Positions 1 to 12,936 of a stretch of 64,000 bases of DNA are shown here, piece by piece. The notes beneath the pieces were generated by a model. It worked only from the letters and a program-made list of their open reading frames with translations. It had not been told where the DNA came from and did not search any database. The stretch is taken from positions 12,933,166 through 12,997,165 of the forward strand of contig CM082584.2 in the NCBI GenBank assembly GCA_040954595.2, written 5' to 3'. The first letter of the stretch is position 1; each line of letters opens with the position of its first letter. The stretch comes from Balanoglossus misakiensis (lineage: Eukaryota > Animalia > Hemichordata). Position numbers and translations under genes: made by a program.

Positions 1-267
1 ACATGTGTAAAATACAATATTTAAAAAAAAAATTAAGAAAGTGACCAGATGAAGCCACTTCAATCAACAATGTCTTACTTCAGGAAAAAAGTTATGGCAT
101 TGCTTCCATGGTACAATGGTTATAAAAGTCATATTGCACTTGATGTCTATACCACCCATGAGATTTCAATAAAAATGTTTGAATTATCAATTTCTATGCA
201 TGTACATGATTTACTTTGTCAAGACTGGATGGAATTGTTTTATCTGTACACATCTTTCAGAAAGACC

Positions 268-3200
268 TCAAACAGGAGGATAATTTTCTTTATAAATGTT
301 TCTGTTTCCATAGCAATCTATACTCTGTTGCACCATCATTTTAGCCTCAGTCCGGAGCTTCTGGTAAAATTTCAAGACATCAGAACTTGCTCGCACACAG
401 CTCTTGTCAAAGTCCACTACTCTGAGACCCTCTAGGTTCCTGGCTCTTGATAGGGCCACATAAGCTTGTCCACATTCAAACACTCTGGAGAGAGACATTT
501 CAACACAGTCCAGAGACAGACCCTACAAGGAAAGAAAGATGGAATATTACACAGGGAAAATCACACACTTTTGATGTATAAAATGTATATTTATACAGAC
601 TTCACTACTAGAATTATGGACATTCAAAATCAACATGTACATTTATTGTATGGCATTTATTAACCCACAAGCTTACCTGACTTTTATGAATTGATATTGC
701 CCAGGCTAGCTGCAGAGGTAACTGTCGCCTCATTAGCAATGCGCCACCTCCCAATTTGATTGGCCACTTCTCAGGACCAATTGTTTCTTCCAGTCCACTT
801 AGAAATCGTACAATTGGCAGACCTGTATTAACAAACAAAATGTCATTGTATATTCATTACAGTTGAGTCATTTGCATATTGGTGTTTATTTGACCAAATT
901 TGAATTATTATCCTAGCTATTGGGTGTGGTTACCATAGTTACCTTTCTCTTTGGCAAAGCCAGTGATGACACCTCGAGCACCATTGACCAATCCTCGGCC
1001 GACATCCAGGTTCTTGGTCAGCATCACCTGCAATGGCAGCATTCAAGATGCAAAGTACTCTAATTATTCGACCACTAAATATTGAGTCAACCTGACCATT
1101 TTTAACACTTACCTGAGCTCCTTTCTTGAGAGTAATTGTTTGTTTGACTGTACACTGGTTGTTGATTAACTTCACCAATGCTGGGTCACTGTCAATAGCT
1201 TCAAATGCACGACTATCATCTAGGATGAAACAAACAATTGAAGCAACAGACTGGAATATACATTTGTTACAAGGTGGATTTCACAAATTGTATTCTCAAT
1301 CTTCTAAACAAAAAATTGCGATTCTTACCTTTCAATTTTTGCAGCTGTACAACATTGATCTGTTCCACATCCTCCTTGTGGGTGCACAGTCTTGTTGCAT
1401 GGATACCATTCTTGTCTATTTTGTTTGTTGCCGTGCCAACCAGTGTCTCAGCCATTGCCTCTGGGCATCTTCACAGAAGGTACAGAAAGAATATTTCAGT
1501 TTAACACTTCAGGGAACTTGGTTTGTTGCCATTTTTAAAAGATCATAAAAGCACCCAGAAGCTCTTTATCATTACCTTCCAACTCGAATGTGTTGTAAAA
1601 CATTGATGAATTCAGTGTCTGTCTGTCTCCGCACTTCTCTTAGTTCCATTGTCTTCTGTATACACCTCCACCAGGCAGGAGACTGAAATTACATGAGCAC
1701 AAAAAGGAAAATTATAACTTCAATCACAATCATGAAATTTAATTTGAACTTGCAGCAGGCAGTGAATTCCAGTCAAATTCTACACATGCTCTTGTACACT
1801 GTATGGTACCCAGAGTTGGAGTATCTATTGAAAGTCACAGCAACTGTCTGGGGACAAGTTTTTTTACCTGGAAACAAAACCGTCTTTTCTGTCCAGCCTT
1901 TGTGACCGGCGGAAGCTGCAGAAAGTCTCCACACAGAATCAGTTGAATTCCACCAAATGGTTTATCCTTCTGACGGACAACCCTAGCCACGTGCTGAAAA
2001 GGGAAAGAACAACAGAACTGTCAACAGGTACATAAAAATCCAAGACCTGAAAATTAATGTACAGAAGTTATGACTAAAATGCTCCCTATGTTGTATCTCC
2101 TAATACATGTATCATTATTGTACCTCTAGTTTTGTGAAGAAGTCGGCATCTAACATGGAAACTTCATCCACTATGAGATGTTTGCATTTTCTCCATTGTC
2201 TTGCTCTTGCTGGTCGTGATGCCAACTCAACACACTGTTCCAATGGCTGGCTACCTGATCCCATCCCTACCATGAAAACAAAAGCAAAACGTGGTAGAAA
2301 CGGGTGAGGGCTCCCTGTCACAAGTACATGTACATGTATTAGTATAATCTTCTATGGGCAAAAACATGAAGTTATGAGGAAATCCAATCAATGTTCCCCC
2401 TTATACTGATCACAGGACATAGTATTCCTCACCTGCAAACTGATGAAGAGTGATGCCGTTGATATGACAGGCAGCAACACCAGTGCTGGCCGTGGCAAAG
2501 GTCGAATCAGGGGGTAGTGCTCCTATGATCCGTTTCAGCAGGAAAGATTTGCCAGTGCCTGCACTGCCAGTGAAAAAGACATTGCTTCCTGCTAAGACAG
2601 CTTTCAAGACTTCACACTGTTCCTGAGAGAGCCTCATGGGGACAGAGGAAACTGAGAGTTTCTTCTTGGGAGCTGATTCAATCTGTGAAAATATTGAAAC
2701 AGATGGAAAAGAAAGCCATACACTGACATTTATTGAGGACACTTCAAAAGTTAACAGAAGAATTTATTTCATCAAGAGTTTTGCATCATCTAAGTGAATT
2801 TTCCCACTTATACTTCCTCTAAGTGGCTTTTAGATTGTAATTCAGCTACTGGCCACTCACCTTATTAGCATCATCATCCAGTTCAATTCGACCCCTCTTC
2901 ATGCCCCTCTTCTTACTGGCTGCGCTTGGTGTGGTGTCTGTACCCCTGGACTCTGCTTGCTGATTCCTGATATTGCTGACAGTGTTGAAGTCTTTTTCTG
3001 TCAGGGGACTGATGTTATCAAATGTTCTGGGCAGCTCTGATCTCAGCCTCTGTCTGTCACTAACGGTACTGAGGCTTCTCTTGATTTCCAATTTTGTGAC
3101 AAGACACTTCAGGAAGCGAATGAGTTGATCTGGTGGACAGTTCGCTAACATGATCTGAACCTTGTGGTCTGGCAAGTGGATTGTCGCTTTTCCGTCTTTG

Positions 3201-3400
3201 ACAAAACGTTTGTGTAGCTTCATTTCATTGACTCGGTACTTTGCACTCATTTTGCCAAACTCCATCTTTAGGATAATATCCCTGAATTCATTGCGTCCCA
3301 GAATGAGTCTAGTATTCCTATGCACTGCACGTTTAGACACAGTTCCCACACCAGTTAACGTTTCCAGTGTCACAGTGCATTGCAATTCACTCATATCCAT
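268..3400 (-). CDS. PIF1: ATP-dependent DNA helicase PIF1 (multi-exon)
   Basis: Exons encode the PIF1 N-terminal domain ([27 protein letters not shown]), Walker [57 protein letters not shown] and [20 protein letters not shown] at 3400 just after an acceptor; stop at 268-270; likely non-coding first exon with donor near 3650. Confidence 0.95.
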
Positions 3401-3649
3401 GATGCCCTGTAATATATAACACAAAGCTATCACAGACAGTATAATCACGCCGCGATCGCATATGCAGTACACCAGTATGCAGTACAACGTCGACACTGTG
3501 CTCCTACACAATGTCGATAGTAGGAAAATTTAAATCCCCTGGACAAAGAAATTAGTGCGATCGGTGTAAAAGCGTTTAGATCTAGTGACAAAACCCAAGT
3601 AAACGTGCACGGCGGACACAGGTCTACCTTTGGGGTGACTTCCACGACT

Positions 3650-3985
3650 TACCGATTTCTTTCCAGGGATATTGGACCAGTTTCAGGGAATATTCAGGCA
3701 CTCACACGCCGCTTTGTTGAGTTTTAAAATTGTGCGCTTTCTCAATGCACTTCAACAACCAATGAGAAGTGATGTAGTAAATACAATGGAATCGTCTGAG
3801 CGAATGAAATTGCAGTTAATGCATGACGGGTAATTTGCTCGGGGTCAGGGTTCACGGGATAGCAACTTACTTCCGGGTTGACAGAGGACACCAAAACAAA
3901 CGTGACAGACACCAATGTAGTATACTTGCTAGTCTGTTCCAGAGACAATGCACTTTATCAGGGTTTTGTGAAGTTATAAAGAACA
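3650..3985. promoter_or_regulatory. Putative bidirectional promoter PIF1/TTC33
   Basis: Head-to-head genes about 330 bp apart; ETS-type TACTTCCGGGT at 3868-3878 and GACGGGTAATTTGCT at 3825-3839. Confidence 0.6.
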
Positions 3986-5125
3986 ATGACGTCTTTCGGT
4001 TGGAAGAGGAAAATAGGTGAGAGCGTTCAGAAAACAGCGTTATCGAAATTTCAAGATGCCACAGGTGATGATGAAGAATCAGACGACGAATTGTATGGCA
4101 CAGGTGAAATAGACTGGCTCGAGTTATCTCGAATTAAGAAGAAGCCGAAGTTTATGCAGTTAGAGGATAATGAAGCAAAAAGCAACAGATTAAGACAAGA
4201 AGGTGCGACGCTTGCAGAAACCGAAAGGTAGGGAGCTATCATTATAATAAACTGGGGAGGGGCGGGGCACTCAAATATTATCTACTACAAGTGCCAGGAA
4301 ACTAGTACATTTGTTTTGTATTGTTGTTGTGGTGGTGGCCTTGTCTTGTATTAACTGACTACATAGCTGTCCCTTTCATTTAGATTCTGGGAAGCCATCA
4401 TGAAGTGGGATGAAGCAATTGAACTGACCCCTGCAGATGCCAAGCTCTATGAGATGAAAGCCCAGGTGAATTAATTGCAATGTATTTGGAAAGGGTTTTG
4501 ATTACAATGTAATCATTTCCATATATTGGCGTAGTTTGATTTTCGAACAAGCTAAGATGAGCCTGTCCCACTTTGTGCTAACTGTAAGTTGAATTGCTTG
4601 ATTTTTTTGTTTGAAAGGCCTTGATGGAATTAGCTGAAGTATACCCAGCAGTGAAGACAGCAGAGAAGGCTGTAGAAATTAATTGTAAATGGTGGGTAGC
4701 ACATCAAACATTAGGAAGAGCACTGCTAGGACTTGGAGAAATAGAGCTGGTGAGTTTAACTGCATGGAATGCTTCAAAACACATTGTATTCCATGCCATA
4801 CAACAAACAGCACATAGTCAATATATCCCATTCATCATCGTGGTAGCACATAGTCAATATTTCCCATTCATCATTTTGTCAAACTCATAATCATACCTTC
4901 TACCATTTTCAGGCAATTGTCAGTTTTTCCAAAGCATTACACGTGAATCCTTGGGAGACTGAGCTGTGGCAGGATGACCTGGCGTGGGCTTTGGATCTGA
5001 ACAAACAGAAGAAAGAAAAGGACCGGCAAAGGGAAATGCAAGATGAGGATTTCAGTAAAGAAAACAGTGAGGACATCAGAGACGCTGTAGTGATTCAAAA
5101 AGAGGGACAGATTAAAGCAAGGTGA
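3986..5125 (+). CDS. TTC33: Tetratricopeptide repeat protein 33
   Basis: Starts MTSFGWKRKIGE, the characteristic TTC33 N-terminus. Four in-phase exons (3986-4227, 4384-4465, 4618-4749, 4913-5125) with TPR-like segments (FWEAIMKWDEAIELTP, WWVAHQTLGRALLGLGE, LWQDDLAWA). Confidence 0.9.
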
Positions 5126-5939
5126 CATCTCGTATGTGACGTCACCTGCTGAAACACTATACAATTTGACAGTAAAGTCCCCCAAATGTATGTACAACAT
5201 CATACAAAACCCTAAAGCATTGTATACCAGTGATATCAGTTAGGGTTGACTGCAGGGAAACTGCTCACATTGCTGGTTGTTGTCCATAATGCAGTACATG
5301 TGTATGTGTCACGTCACCTGGCAGTCTTGGCCAGTGTGATAGCGCCACCAGTGGCCAACATTCAATGGCCTACTTGGTCCATCCTGCCCCAGAGAGATGC
5401 AGTCTGGTTGTCAAAACTAAAAAAGGAAGATTACCTGGTACTTGATGTCCCAAGAAATGACAACCATGGCACTAACCATGTCGTTTGAAGTGAAACGATT
5501 GTTATAAAGACGTATTAAACTCGTGTCTCAGTATGTGGTGATGATAGATGACAGCAGAATTCTCTATATGTGACTGATTTTTCAGAACATGATGTAGGAT
5601 GTGTTATACACAATATGAAGGAGATATGAACAGTCGCAGTGTACGGGGAACACGCGCTTGTTTTCCCTTGGTTGCTGGCTGTCATAACATAACCTTCTTC
5701 CGCCCTCAGCAGACATTCTTAAATGACAGATCTCTTTTACGTCAAGATATATAAACCTTGCTCAGTTCGAATGGCATGCTCATGTACGGATTTACAAAGT
5801 GCGAAGGTTAAATTATATTATGAGTGTTGATTTCATGCCTGTGGATAAACTCATGATGTATACAGTATATGTGGCAAGCGGCCACGCAGCGACCACTACT
5901 CAAACACCCTGATTGTCGTTGGCATCCTGAGTTGAAATC

Positions 5940-8900
5940 ATGGCGGTAGTCATGGCGAGTTTACACTGGTTACCAACCAAGGTGCTAGGTGATCCACCTT
6001 CACCAAGGTGAGATTCGTTTCTGTCTATTTTTATCATAGATTTTTGTATAGAATCGATGGTTGCCAGAGCATGTCATCTTGGCGTGTACCAAGACCTTTA
6101 CATGTGTTACAGTCCTACTTGACAGATAATCAACTTATGACACTTGGGAAGTACATTGAAATCACAGGATCGACTCTATAAATTGAGTGCGACCCTTCGA
6201 GTGTTTTTTCTCTTGCTTTGAGTATCATTTAAATGTCCGTGATGTCAGAGACTTTTTGGTTACTTCGGTTTGTTTTGTTTTCGCAGACAAGGTCATGCCA
6301 TCGCTATCCTTGGAAACGCGGTCTATCTGTTCGGTGGAAGTAGCTCCAAGTCACAGGTAAGAATGGAGCATGCCAGGAATCAAACGGTTGATGAAGTTGC
6401 CATAGTGACTCGATAGTACTTAATGTGTAGATAGCGTGATTGTGTTTTTAGCACATATATAAAATGATTCTTTATTACATTATCAGTTATCTTAATCGTC
6501 CTGAGCCGTATCTCTGACCCGACCAACACGCGGCACGAGATGTCGCATAAATGATTACATCCAATCTTTCAAACGTTCATTCGACACCGTATCCGTCTTG
6601 TGTACCGAGAATTTGATAAACGCGAGGCAACGATAAAATTTAATAGTCTTAAACGTTGAAACTTAATCCATTCTGTGGAAAGGCCAAAGTTTACATGTCA
6701 GTGGTGACCCATTGGGATTACACTATATATCATTGCTTGGTTTGCTTTAATGACGTTGACAAAATTTACGAAACGAGACATTATCAGTGCTTGGATGTTT
6801 TTTGGAAATAAAGGAATACAAACGATTTTTTTATTTATTGACTTGAACCTACTTTGTCAATATTCGTAAACATAAGCCTTTTCACATGCGCACTTTGCAA
6901 CTATTTTTGCAGGGTCAGTCATCGGATGGAGGGGGAGAAACACTTGACGAAACAGGCGATAATATCGTGTTTTACAGCGATTTATACAAACTAAAAAGTA
7001 AGCCGCCATTACTTAAGTATGCAACATATGGTATTCCAATCTTTCTGTTTGATGATGTGACCTTCGATGTTTCGCTGGAATGCAATAACATCCAGCGTTA
7101 TCCCCAGCACCGCTGATCTCGACAGTTTTGTAGAATTTGAACCGAAGCCAACAATACCGAAAGATCTCCCGGATCACTGGATTTCAATTCCGCGGATGAC
7201 GGGCGTGGTTTCTCGAACCGGTTTGCCTTCGGGATTTTCCCGACTTAGCGAAACTGCCGAATCTAATTGACTCCAGCTGTAAGAAAGAATTTCAGTGATT
7301 AAATGTTACACGGATTAGATGTTGACATGGCAACCTTTTTGTGTAGAGATGCCAAACTTTGCGACGCGTTGTTTAATAGATATAATGAGCAGGTGTATTT
7401 ATTTATTTGTTTGTTTGTTTATTTTTTAAGTCAGCAGTCGGTTGGAATGGAAAAGGCTGACACAGATCGGAGACATTCCTCCTAAACGAGATGAACATTC
7501 ATTTTGGTAAGTATTGTCAAGGCCAACATGTTCACTTGTACGTTGGGGATGGGGTACTGTTGATATAATGATACTCAAAATGAAAAACTAATCGATCGAT
7601 CGATCGATCTGTATGTCTTTCTGTCGATACCGGTCTGCCTGTCACCCAATCTCTCTGACACACCGTTTCTTTGACCATCCACAGTCCCGTTGGTTCATTG
7701 CTGTTTCTCTTCGGAGGTAAAGACCACCTGTTGTCAACCAGGAATTTAAAGGGCGTGTATATCTTTGACCCAGGTGAGCTATCATTGTATTAGCGTAGCA
7801 GTTCATTGGCCAAACATCACAACTGATATTCCATATTCCTTTTTTGTAATAAGATATGCGCCTGTCATTTAGATTTCAATCGCGAGATATTCGTGTTAAT
7901 TTAATCGACAGAGACACTAAACTGGGAGAAATGCAAGACTCGAGGACCGGAGCCCAGAACACTGAGCAATACAGCGTCCGTGGTGGGAAATAAAATTTAC
8001 GTGTTTGGAGGGATTCAGAACTCACAGGCCACAAACACTATGTCTGTGTTTGATACAGGTAAACTGTACTATAATACTATAGAAATTTAAAATTAACCAC
8101 TGATATACTTCGCCAGATAAATCAGCGGAACATTGAGCTCTGGTTTAAAAGGTTCAAAGGCTACGTACAAAGCCCGTGTTTGACCGAAAAACGAAAATAT
8201 AACTGTTTTAGCTACTGCCAAATAATCTCTTTAGCTGACAATAATGGTAAAAACCAGTGCCATATCTCACTAATTTTATTTTTATTCTATTCTGCACTCT
8301 TATTCCTGTCAACCTGTAGACAATCTACAATGGAATGAAATAACAGCTCAGAGCATAGCGCCACTTCCCAGGTAGGTGTGACTATATCTGTATGAGTTTA
8401 TCCACGTGTAAGTAAAACGACGTCATTTGATTTCATAACACATCGTTCACATACAAGTTCTCATGTCTGTATAACTTTGAAAAAAGTATTTGATTTTAAA
8501 TGTCCCCTTGTTCAATGGAGAGTATAAGAAAGGCCAGTCTGTTGACTCTGTTGTTAAATCGACAAATGGTCAAAACGAGGCAGATCCAAAAAAATAAGTT
8601 TCGCATACTCCAAAAAATAAATCCTTCGAGCCGGATTCGAACCAGCGACCTAAGGATGACAGCTTAGGCAATCCACTACAGTCCTCCGCTCTACCAACTG
8701 AGCTATCGAAGGATACGCATTGATCGATAATCGTTATCAAGATTTATGTCAACACGGGTTTATATGTTATAACGCGTTCTGAAAAGCGTTTACGATATCA
8801 ATGGCCTATATTTGTCGTTATGTAGGTATATAAGTATCTATTCTTTTGCTGATTGCAACATGCACTTTAGGCCCTTTAATCAATGGATATTAGTTTGTTG

Positions 8901-11239
8901 TTATGCAAATTACATTGTCCAGTATTTAACTGACTACTAGTATATTACATGTGTACTAGTGAAAATTGTCCGACCTGCATTAATTTTTTAAAGTATGTCA
9001 TCGAAACCATATGTTTTGCTTGGTCTCCGACATATATTAAACTATAATTAGGTTTCTGGTGTGAGATCATAAGCCTTGTCTGCGAATAAAGTTATCTGAG
9101 TGAAGTTGACGTATGAGAAGTTAGTCCTCTTTCATTTAACAATTTTATAGATGTGACCACGCCGCAGCGGTCGTTAAGGAACAGATTTACATATTTGGTG
9201 GATGTGGAGGTGAAAACGTTTACTTCGACGATTTCCATGTTTTCGACGCAGGTGAGAAAGAATTAGCCTATCGATCTATAAATTGTGAAGGCCTCTGTTA
9301 ATATTGTGTGGCTTTTTGCCAGTGGAAAATGCTACGTCTGTTTAATATCAGCCTCGGTTTAGTTGAGTGTCTCAACTTTCGGTTTGTCACGTCATTTAAT
9401 CATAAGTTTGCTGCCAAATAGATCATATTTTCGCATTGCAGAGTCACGTGCTTGGTCGACGCCCACTGTTCATGGGAGGGCACCAACAGCAAGGGGGTGT
9501 CACACATTTTCAAGTCACAGAGACAAGGTCAGTAAAGTTTATAGGACAACCATCTCTGAGTTCGATAGCATTGGCTTTGCGGAAAAGAACAAATCTGGTC
9601 TTTTTAATTGGTTGGTAACTCGAGCATAGAACTTACCTTGTATTTATCCAGTTCTTACTCTATTTCCTTTTCCTTTTTAAGGATATTTATGTTTTTGGTG
9701 GTTTCAATGACACTCTCAGAGGACATAATGGCACATTTGGAGATATTTGTAAACTGAGCTTAGGTAAAGATTAACTCATACCTTCCGTTATGTTGTGTTA
9801 TGATTGATCAATTCGTTCTACATCACGTAAGTGCACGTGTGACACGGAAACTCTGAAGGTTTCCTCTTTGTTGGGAGGGGTAAGACGGGGTTCAGGATTC
9901 CGTCGATCGTTTCAGTACCACGTCTCCCACGGTCATTTTCAGGTATTATGAAATGGAAACATCCTCTTCATACGGGTACTGCACCAAATAAGCGATATGG
10001 CCACAAGGCATTTGTATTCCACAGTCGAGTAAGTACATGTATATATTTTCCCGTCACTACAAAGTCATGTGTCATTTCATATTCAGCTTTTGGGTATTTT
10101 GAATTCGTGAATTCCGAGTCGTTGGCAACGTTTGCCTTATCTTCCCAGCTGTTCGTCATTGGCGGAATCAACGATCAGGGATTTTACAACAATGACGTCA
10201 AAATCGCCAAACTCATCAACCCGTCCGAAAGAAGGAAAAGTAAGATGCCTTTTACCTTTAAAACTTGGGTGTATGTGTGCATGACACTGAAATAAATGGC
10301 TCCGCTGATAATATAGTTCATGCTTGATTTATCTGAAAACGACGATGGCTTGGAAAACCATGGCACTGGTATCAGGAGGAAAATAAAATGTCTATGCCAC
10401 GGATATTTAATCGGAAGATGTGTTTTCCCCCACTTTCCTTCCAGTTATCTCAAATAGGCACCTTCGGCTGATCAACAGGTGGTCGGAAATTTGCGCAAAA
10501 CACTACGACCCTCCTGCCTGCATAACGAGAAACGCAAACCGTTTATCACACATCAGGTCATGATATCTTCATTTCTAAACTATGTTTATTATCTAACAGT
10601 GTTTATGCTGGCTGGTGGCACCCCTGCGCACGTGCACACCACTTCTGATCGACTTAGTCGGAGCATGGGGTCGCCTGAAACAAATCCACTTCTGCGAACA
10701 GCGCCACCTGTGTTGAGGGAGAGTGACAGAATGGCGATGGGAGGGGCCTGGCCAGGTATGAAGAAATAAGTTTTCTTTACTCTTTTTTTCCTAGTTTTGT
10801 TCCCCGTTTTGTAGGACATACACCAAGTTAGCAGTGGACTCCAGTGTGTTGTCATTTACAAAAAGAACATGTAAAAAAAATATTTTAATGCAATTGTTGA
10901 TTTTCTGTTTTTACCTTTACTTCTTGCAGAACAAACTTCCGTTTCAAGGTTGTCTTTGAGCTTGTCTCAGCCTCTTCATGGGTACACCGTCCAAGGTCAA
11001 CCGTAAGTGATTCACTTATTGTATTGTTAATATCTGTGTCTCCCTGACAATTTTTTACCAGTGTGTATTGAAACACAAACTGACTAATAGCTCCTTGTGT
11101 AAGGGAAATGTATTGGCAACATATAGTTCTGTTTTGATTCTCTGCAGCTATCAACAATCCTTATATCAGTCAGCTTTACAGTCCAGTCCGTCTACCAGTG
11201 GTTTACCACCTTTGAATTCAGCGGCACATCAGCAGCAGC

Positions 11240-11271
<32 letters not shown>

Positions 11272-12284
11272 AAGCAAAGGCAGCAGCAACAGGAGGTAAA
11301 ACATAGTACATACATACATACATACATACATACATACATACATACATACATACATACATACATACATACATACATACATACATACATACATACATACATT
11401 CAGATTAAAATGAATATGCAATTTTTTTTGTCTTAGAGCACAAATGATGTACTGACAGCAAAGATTACAAATGATGTACTTGTGGCACAGAGGAACGCCT
11501 TTCAGCACGTCAGCAGAGCATTTCAAATTCTACAAGAAAACTACAAAGAAATAGAAAGGTATGTCCTCATGGATACATCATTCTTTCTCGGATTTACATT
11601 TACTTTGGGCCTCGTTCTCTGACATACACCACAATTGTGTTGCAGAGTCTTATAATCTGGCGAGCCTTTCTTTGCAGAGAACGTCAACGTCTTGTTGAAG
11701 AAAGAACGGCTTTGAACCAAGACAGGGAAAGGCAGGTGCAGGCAAACAGTAAACAGCAAAAGGTAAATGCACAACTAAGGAAATGAAATCCCACAAACTT
11801 TATAGCAACTGCAAGCTGTCAGTTATAAAAACCTGATGATAACATTTTTGGTAGCCATCTCAGAGTGAGTTGTGGATTTTGTCATGTCATGTTGTGCTGT
11901 TCAACTCTAAATTTTTTACCCACAGCTCGAGAAGAAAAAGTCCAAACATCAAGACAAATCGAAGAAAAAGAAGACACGTCCTGAAAAAGCGCTGAATGAG
12001 ACAGAAGAGGATGTTGACAAGCAACGGGTAAGATGGGATGCATTGGTACACTTAGTTTTGAATATTTTGGAGGGATTTTAGTCATAAACTGATTTTATTC
12101 CTCTATCTTTATGCGTCATGACTGGTAGGCTCAACTTGAGGCAGAATACCAGAAATTACTTCATGAACAAGACCAGCTACAACAAACAATTGAAGATGTT
12201 GACGGTTCCACACCATCCATTGCACATGCTCAGTCGGAAAGTGTCGTAAAAGAGTCCAGTCAGCTGCAAGATTGTCAGCAATAG
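5940..12284 (+). CDS. Kelch-repeat beta-propeller protein (RABEPK/KLHDC-like) with low-complexity, polyQ and coiled-coil C-terminus
   Basis: About 19 exons give PPSPRQGHAIAILGNAVYLFGG, LFLFGG, KIYVFGG, PRCDHAAAVVKEQIYIFGG, PTARGCHTF..DIYVFGG, RYGHKAF..LFVIGG (six kelch blades). In-phase exons then continue through the polyQ exon and charged helical exons to TAG at 12282-12284. Exon choice in the C-terminal half is less certain. Confidence 0.8.
8612..8621 (-). terminator. RNA polymerase III T-run terminator of tRNA-Tyr
   Basis: TTTATTTTTT immediately 3' of the tRNA on the minus strand. Confidence 0.75.
8622..8712 (-). tRNA. tRNA-Tyr(GTA) with 18-nt intron
   Basis: Minus strand reads CCTTCGATAGCTCAGTTGGTAGAGCGGAGGACTGTAG-tggattgcctaagctgtc-ATCCTTAGGTCGCTGGTTCGAATCCGGCTCGAAGGA: 73-nt canonical metazoan tRNA-Tyr, intron (8658-8675) after position 37, intact A and B boxes. 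Confidence 0.97.
11229..11291 (+). repeat. Coding (CAG/CAA)n polyglutamine tract
   Basis: In-frame Q run ([23 protein letters not shown]) in a kelch-gene exon. Confidence 0.85.
11307..11399. repeat. (TACA)n microsatellite
   Basis: About 23 perfect tetranucleotide units, intronic. Confidence 0.95.
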
Positions 12285-12936
12285 ATTGATTTTCAGTCTG
12301 TTTTGTTTTTGTTTGCAAGACTGAAAAATTAATGTGTTTATAATAGTAATTTTGTCCATCAAATGCAACACATTGTCACTTTTCAAGCACCCCTATATTT
12401 TCATACTCATTCAGTAAACTAGAGTTTGTATATATATTAATATATTAACCACACACACAGTCAACAAGCACTTGGCTTACATCACTGTTTTTTTCATAAG
12501 TTTGTGTTTTATTGAGTGTATACTGTTTTATGTAAAGGTAAAATTTCTCTCATTATATAGTCAATTAATCATACAAATCACACATGTAACACAAATATTT
12601 CTTTGGTATAAGTTGGATTTATTGAGACTGTGGAAAGCTGTGGAAAATGAGATGTTCAGGTACTTTTAAAAATGATACCTGGCGGTAAAATAGATTTATA
12701 CTTAAAGATTACAAAAGTGTGATACATAAAGATGGCTGCCCATTACACACGGATTACTGTCTATCCTCTGTGATCACTTCATCATTCCAACAGAAATCTC
12801 ATTTGATGAATTGACCAGACACTCGGGGGTTCTGTGCGTAATAAAACAAATATGAGCAAATTTTGTCAAACTAAACAGATTAATATGGGGTCTAAGTCAC
12901 TTTTTATGGTTGAAAAGGGAATAAAATATCAATGGA

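Noticed and set aside
268-3400. PIF1 as a Helitron or transposon helicase
   Set aside because: It has the cellular PIF1 N-terminal domain and many introns, no Rep domain, and shares a promoter with TTC33.
4809-4874. 36-bp-period tandem duplication in a TTC33 intron
   Set aside because: Ordinary slippage duplication.
7115-7265. GC-richer intronic stretch with weak terminal inverted similarity (possible decayed MITE)
   Set aside because: The match is too degenerate to support without a repeat search.
11192-11526. ORFs with MYVC/HTYI, poly-L or poly-V repeats (also 29114-29317, 34261-34458, 41604-41966, 56055-56399)
   Set aside because: They are translations of microsatellites or antisense frames.
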